Origin: Candidatus Latescibacterota bacterium
GTDB taxonomy: Bacteria; Latescibacterota; UBA2968; UBA8231
DNA length: 64,000 nt
Assembly: GCA_965197905.1 (NCBI GenBank)
Contig: CBDAOB010000005.1
Coordinates: 2,240,001 to 2,304,000, forward strand
Reading direction: 5' to 3'
Part shown: positions 61,392-64,000 of the stretch, piece by piece
How the letters are laid out: each line of letters opens with the position of its first letter
Position numbering within the stretch: the stretch's first letter is position 1
Translations under genes and position numbers: made by a program
The notes under the pieces: generated by a model
Database searches by the model: none
Seen by the model: only the letters and a program-made list of their open reading frames with translations
What the model was told of the DNA's origin: nothing

Positions 61392-62273
61392 ATGTTTAGG
61401 CTGACTTCAGTTTTTCTTCTTGTGCTACTGATCTCCGGTTCGGCCGTGGGCCAGGATCCGGATACCTTGCTGACTGTTGCGATTCCGAATGGGGAGTTCA
61501 TGCAGTTCGCCTGGATCGAGCCGGGTAACTTCCTCATGGGAACGGAGGATGAGGACCTACCGAACGGATCGGATGAGGTTCCGGCCCACGAGGTCACGAT
61601 CAGCACCGGTTTCTACATGAGCATCTTCGAAATAACTCAAATACAGTGGGGCGCCGTTATGGATACCAAGCCCTGGCGGTTCGAGCGCTACACCATTGAG
61701 CACATTCACAGCCCGGCGAGCCATATTTCCTGGGATGATATGCAGGAGTTTATTGCGGTTTTGAACGAGTTCGAGGGCGGGTCGGTGTATCGCCTTCCCA
61801 CCGAAGCGGAGTGGGAATATGCAGCCCGTGGTTTCACCAGCTCACTCTGGTTTTTTGGCGATTCCCCCAACGCGTTGCAGCTCTACGCCTGGTATTGGAG
61901 GAACGCCTGGGACCGAGGGGAGTCGTTCGCGCATTTGGTGGGCTCTAAACTGCCCAATCAATTCGGTCTCTACGACATGCATGGCAACGTGTGGGAGTGG
62001 GTCCAGGATTGGTACGGACCGTATTCTGCAACGGCCAAGACTGATCCCGAAGGTCCGACCGAAGGAACCCGAAAGGTGCTGCGCGGCGGCGGGTTTGTGA
62101 GCCCTTTCTACGAGGCCCGCTCCGGCGTGAGAAGCAGCGAAGCCCCCGACAGTCGCTTTTCGGACATCGGCGCACGCATCGTTCGCCGCAACCTGCCAAC
62201 CTCTGTACGCCAGGAGAGCTGGGGTCGGGTCAAAGCTCGCCTCCGACCCGGCGAGAATCCCTCAAGTCCGTGA
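61392..62273 (+). CDS. Secreted formylglycine-generating-enzyme (FGE-sulfatase) domain protein
   Basis: Signal peptide; FLMG, PAHEVTI, RLPTEAEWEYAAR, FGLYDMHGNVWEW, RGGG; C-terminal PTSVRQESWGRVK. Confidence 0.9.
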   Translation: MFRLTSVFLLVLLISGSAVGQDPDTLLTVAIPNGEFMQFAWIEPGNFLMGTEDEDLPNGSDEVPAHEVTISTGFYMSIFEITQIQWGAVMDTKPWRFERYTIEHIHSPASHISWDDMQEFIAVLNEFEGGSVYRLPTEAEWEYAARGFTSSLWFFGDSPNALQLYAWYWRNAWDRGESFAHLVGSKLPNQFGLYDMHGNVWEWVQDWYGPYSATAKTDPEGPTEGTRKVLRGGGFVSPFYEARSGVRSSEAPDSRFSDIGARIVRRNLPTSVRQESWGRVKARLRPGENPSSP

Positions 62274-62385
62274 AAAACAACGAAATTCGCCGGAAATTGA
62301 TGGATTTTTGCGGCAGTGGCGCCCCGACAATCCAGGCCTCGTAACCTTACCTGTTTCAACAAGTTCCGCACCTAAAAAACAAATT

Positions 62386-62515
62386 GTCGCATTTTTGCGA
62401 CGATCGGTCTCTTCGACCGCAATATCGATAGTGTTTCTCGGCTACTCGCAAAGCGCTATTAAACAATTACTTACGCACTTTCGACCGAACAGCGCATAGT
62501 GGCACACATCTTGCC
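62386..62515 (+). promoter_or_regulatory. sigma54 promoter module: palindromic enhancer, IHF-like site and -24/-12
   Basis: GTCGCA-TTTT-TGCGAC (62386-401); AAACAATTACTTA (62461-73); TGGCACACATCTTGC (62500-514). Confidence 0.7.
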
Positions 62516-62566
62516 AACATCTTGGTGGTCCTCAAACGCCCGAGAACCATCAGGAGTCAGGTGTTC

Positions 62567-63421
62567 ATGCGTGAAACGATCGACGGAAGCAGGGATTCGG
62601 TGCTGGCTTCGTATTTCGCCTACATCGCGGAGTCTCATCCGCTGTCGAGGGATCGAGAGCGAGAGTTGGCAGAGCGCATCCAGCAAGGAGACATGGATGC
62701 GCGGGATGAGTTGGTGCGAGCCAATCTTCGTTTCGTCGTCAGTATCGCGATGAACTACCTGAACCGGGGTATGAGCCTGGCCGACCTCATTAGCGCTGGA
62801 AATATGGGTTTGCTCACTGCTGCCGAGCGTTTCGATGCGGGGCGCGGATTCAAGTTCATTTCCTATGCGGTCTGGTGGATTCGCCAGTCGATCATCCAGA
62901 GCATGGTGGATCAATCGCGGGCCGTGCGACTCCCCGCAAACAGGATTGCCCTGCTGCGAAACATCACCAAGACCTCGCAGCGTCTCGGCAAGAATCTCGA
63001 AGTAGAGCCAGCGCTGGAGGATATCGCGGACGAACTGGAGCTACCGGTCCAGGAGTTGCTGAATACGGTGTTGAGTGCCCGAGTAGTTTGCTCTCTCGAC
63101 GATAGCGACGAGGAATCACACACGACCCTTTTGGATAACCTGCCTGACCGGTCGCAACGAGCTCCGGATGAAGATGTGGTGAGGTCGTCGGATAGTGTGG
63201 AACTCGGACGTATCCTCTGCACCTACCTCGATTACCGAGAACGGCGGATCGTTCAACTCTATTTTGGCTTCGACGGCAGCAACGCGATGACCCTGGAGCA
63301 GATCGGTACGATACTTGGTCTTACCCGCGAAAGGGTGCGGCAGATCAAAGAAGACGCCCTGGCGAAATTGCGCCGTACCCGGCAGACCTCCGGTCTCCAA
63401 CCATTAGTTGAAACCTGTTGA
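62567..63421 (+). CDS. sigma70-family RNA polymerase sigma factor (RpoD/SigA-like, lacking region 1.1)
   Basis: ANLRFVVSIA, GFKFISYAVWWIRQSI, RAVRLP, MTLEQIG..LGLTRERVRQIK; RBS AGGAG. Confidence 0.93.
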   Translation: MRETIDGSRDSVLASYFAYIAESHPLSRDRERELAERIQQGDMDARDELVRANLRFVVSIAMNYLNRGMSLADLISAGNMGLLTAAERFDAGRGFKFISYAVWWIRQSIIQSMVDQSRAVRLPANRIALLRNITKTSQRLGKNLEVEPALEDIADELELPVQELLNTVLSARVVCSLDDSDEESHTTLLDNLPDRSQRAPDEDVVRSSDSVELGRILCTYLDYRERRIVQLYFGFDGSNAMTLEQIGTILGLTRERVRQIKEDALAKLRRTRQTSGLQPLVETC

Positions 63422-63526
63422 GCAGTCGAGACGCCTCAAGAGCGCCAGCACCCCCATTGGCGTAAGCATCTGACCCCACGTCGATCCACGCAGTAGCTGG
63501 CTTTATCTCCTTCCCGCAAAAACCGC

Positions 63527-63555
63527 TTTACAATATTCACAGCCCCCTATATTAT
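63527..63555 (+). promoter_or_regulatory. sigma70-like promoter
   Basis: TTTACA-17 bp-TATTAT upstream of ATG 63593. Confidence 0.45.
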
Positions 63556-63592
63556 TGTATATATTGATCTTGTGGGGAGCTTCAAGTTACTG

Positions 63593-64000
63593 ATGACAAC
63601 TGGTTTTTGGGTCCTTGCTACCGTTTTTCTGGCTGCCCCGAGCGCCCTCGACGCCATCGCCTACCACAAGGGATCGCAGCTGCATCTGGCAATTCTGGGT
63701 TCGCGGGTAAAGTTTCCGATCTTTACCAAGGAGTTCGCTGAGGGGGAGAACGTGGTGACCGTGGGGGGCATCCGTGAGTTATGGCTTGCCGATCAAACCC
63801 AGACCTTTGGATTTCGCATGGAGCTGGACCGCATCCGGGCAAACGGCTCCGGCCTGGGGGTCGGCCTGACTTATTGGCGCACCGAGTTTGCCAACGCGTC
63901 CTTTCTGTACGACCGCGAAGGGGAATGGAACCGGATCGCCGAATACCGCGCGCCGCAGCACCAGTTCTTCTTTCTCGACCTCAACGGGATTCTGATTCCA
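63593..64000 (+). CDS. Hypothetical exported protein (runs off the right edge)
   Basis: Manual translation MTTGFWVLATVFLAAPSALDA... is open for 136 codons to the window end. Confidence 0.6.
   Translation, partial: MTTGFWVLATVFLAAPSALDAIAYHKGSQLHLAILGSRVKFPIFTKEFAEGENVVTVGGIRELWLADQTQTFGFRMELDRIRANGSGLGVGLTYWRTEFANASFLYDREGEWNRIAEYRAPQHQFFFLDLNGILIP

Overview
Bacterial chromosomal window, GC-rich in the core and probably from a long-read metagenome assembly. Gene content (DUF6785/6784-type membrane protein, dockerin/EF-hand-tipped secreted protein, FGE-domain protein with a C-terminal SWGxVK tail) suggests a Latescibacterota-like organism; this is inference only. 1-36 kb is mostly housekeeping and metabolism: a large TPR lipoprotein, carB, nnr, an M20 peptidase, a TolB-like protein, a CinA-like/nucleotidyltransferase fusion, an NRAMP-like transporter, sulfite/nitrite reductase with ferredoxin, a TPP-dependent E1 alpha/beta pair, a MerR-REC regulator, Crp, uvrB and a stand-alone dnaK behind a sigma54 promoter. 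It also holds a TonB receptor-YfiR-kinase signalling operon with single-base frameshifts. tRNA-Thr(UGU) at 36059-36134 opens a decayed island (about 36.1-52 kb). The island contains an integrase tail, a resolvase HTH tail, a tandem array of receptor-L-domain/LRR lipoprotein paralogues broken by an IS3 element and a 255-bp duplication, an internally deleted globin, a CxxCH/temptin-like surface protein and a rhomboid protease. The right end holds Ku-LigD and a sigma54-driven sigma70 factor. The best candidate novelty is also there: an operon pairing a eukaryote-type alkyl-DHAP synthase (AGPS) with a DHRS7B/PexRAP-like reductase, a possible peroxisome-type ether-lipid module in a bacterium. All homology calls come from recognising motifs by eye; no searches were run.
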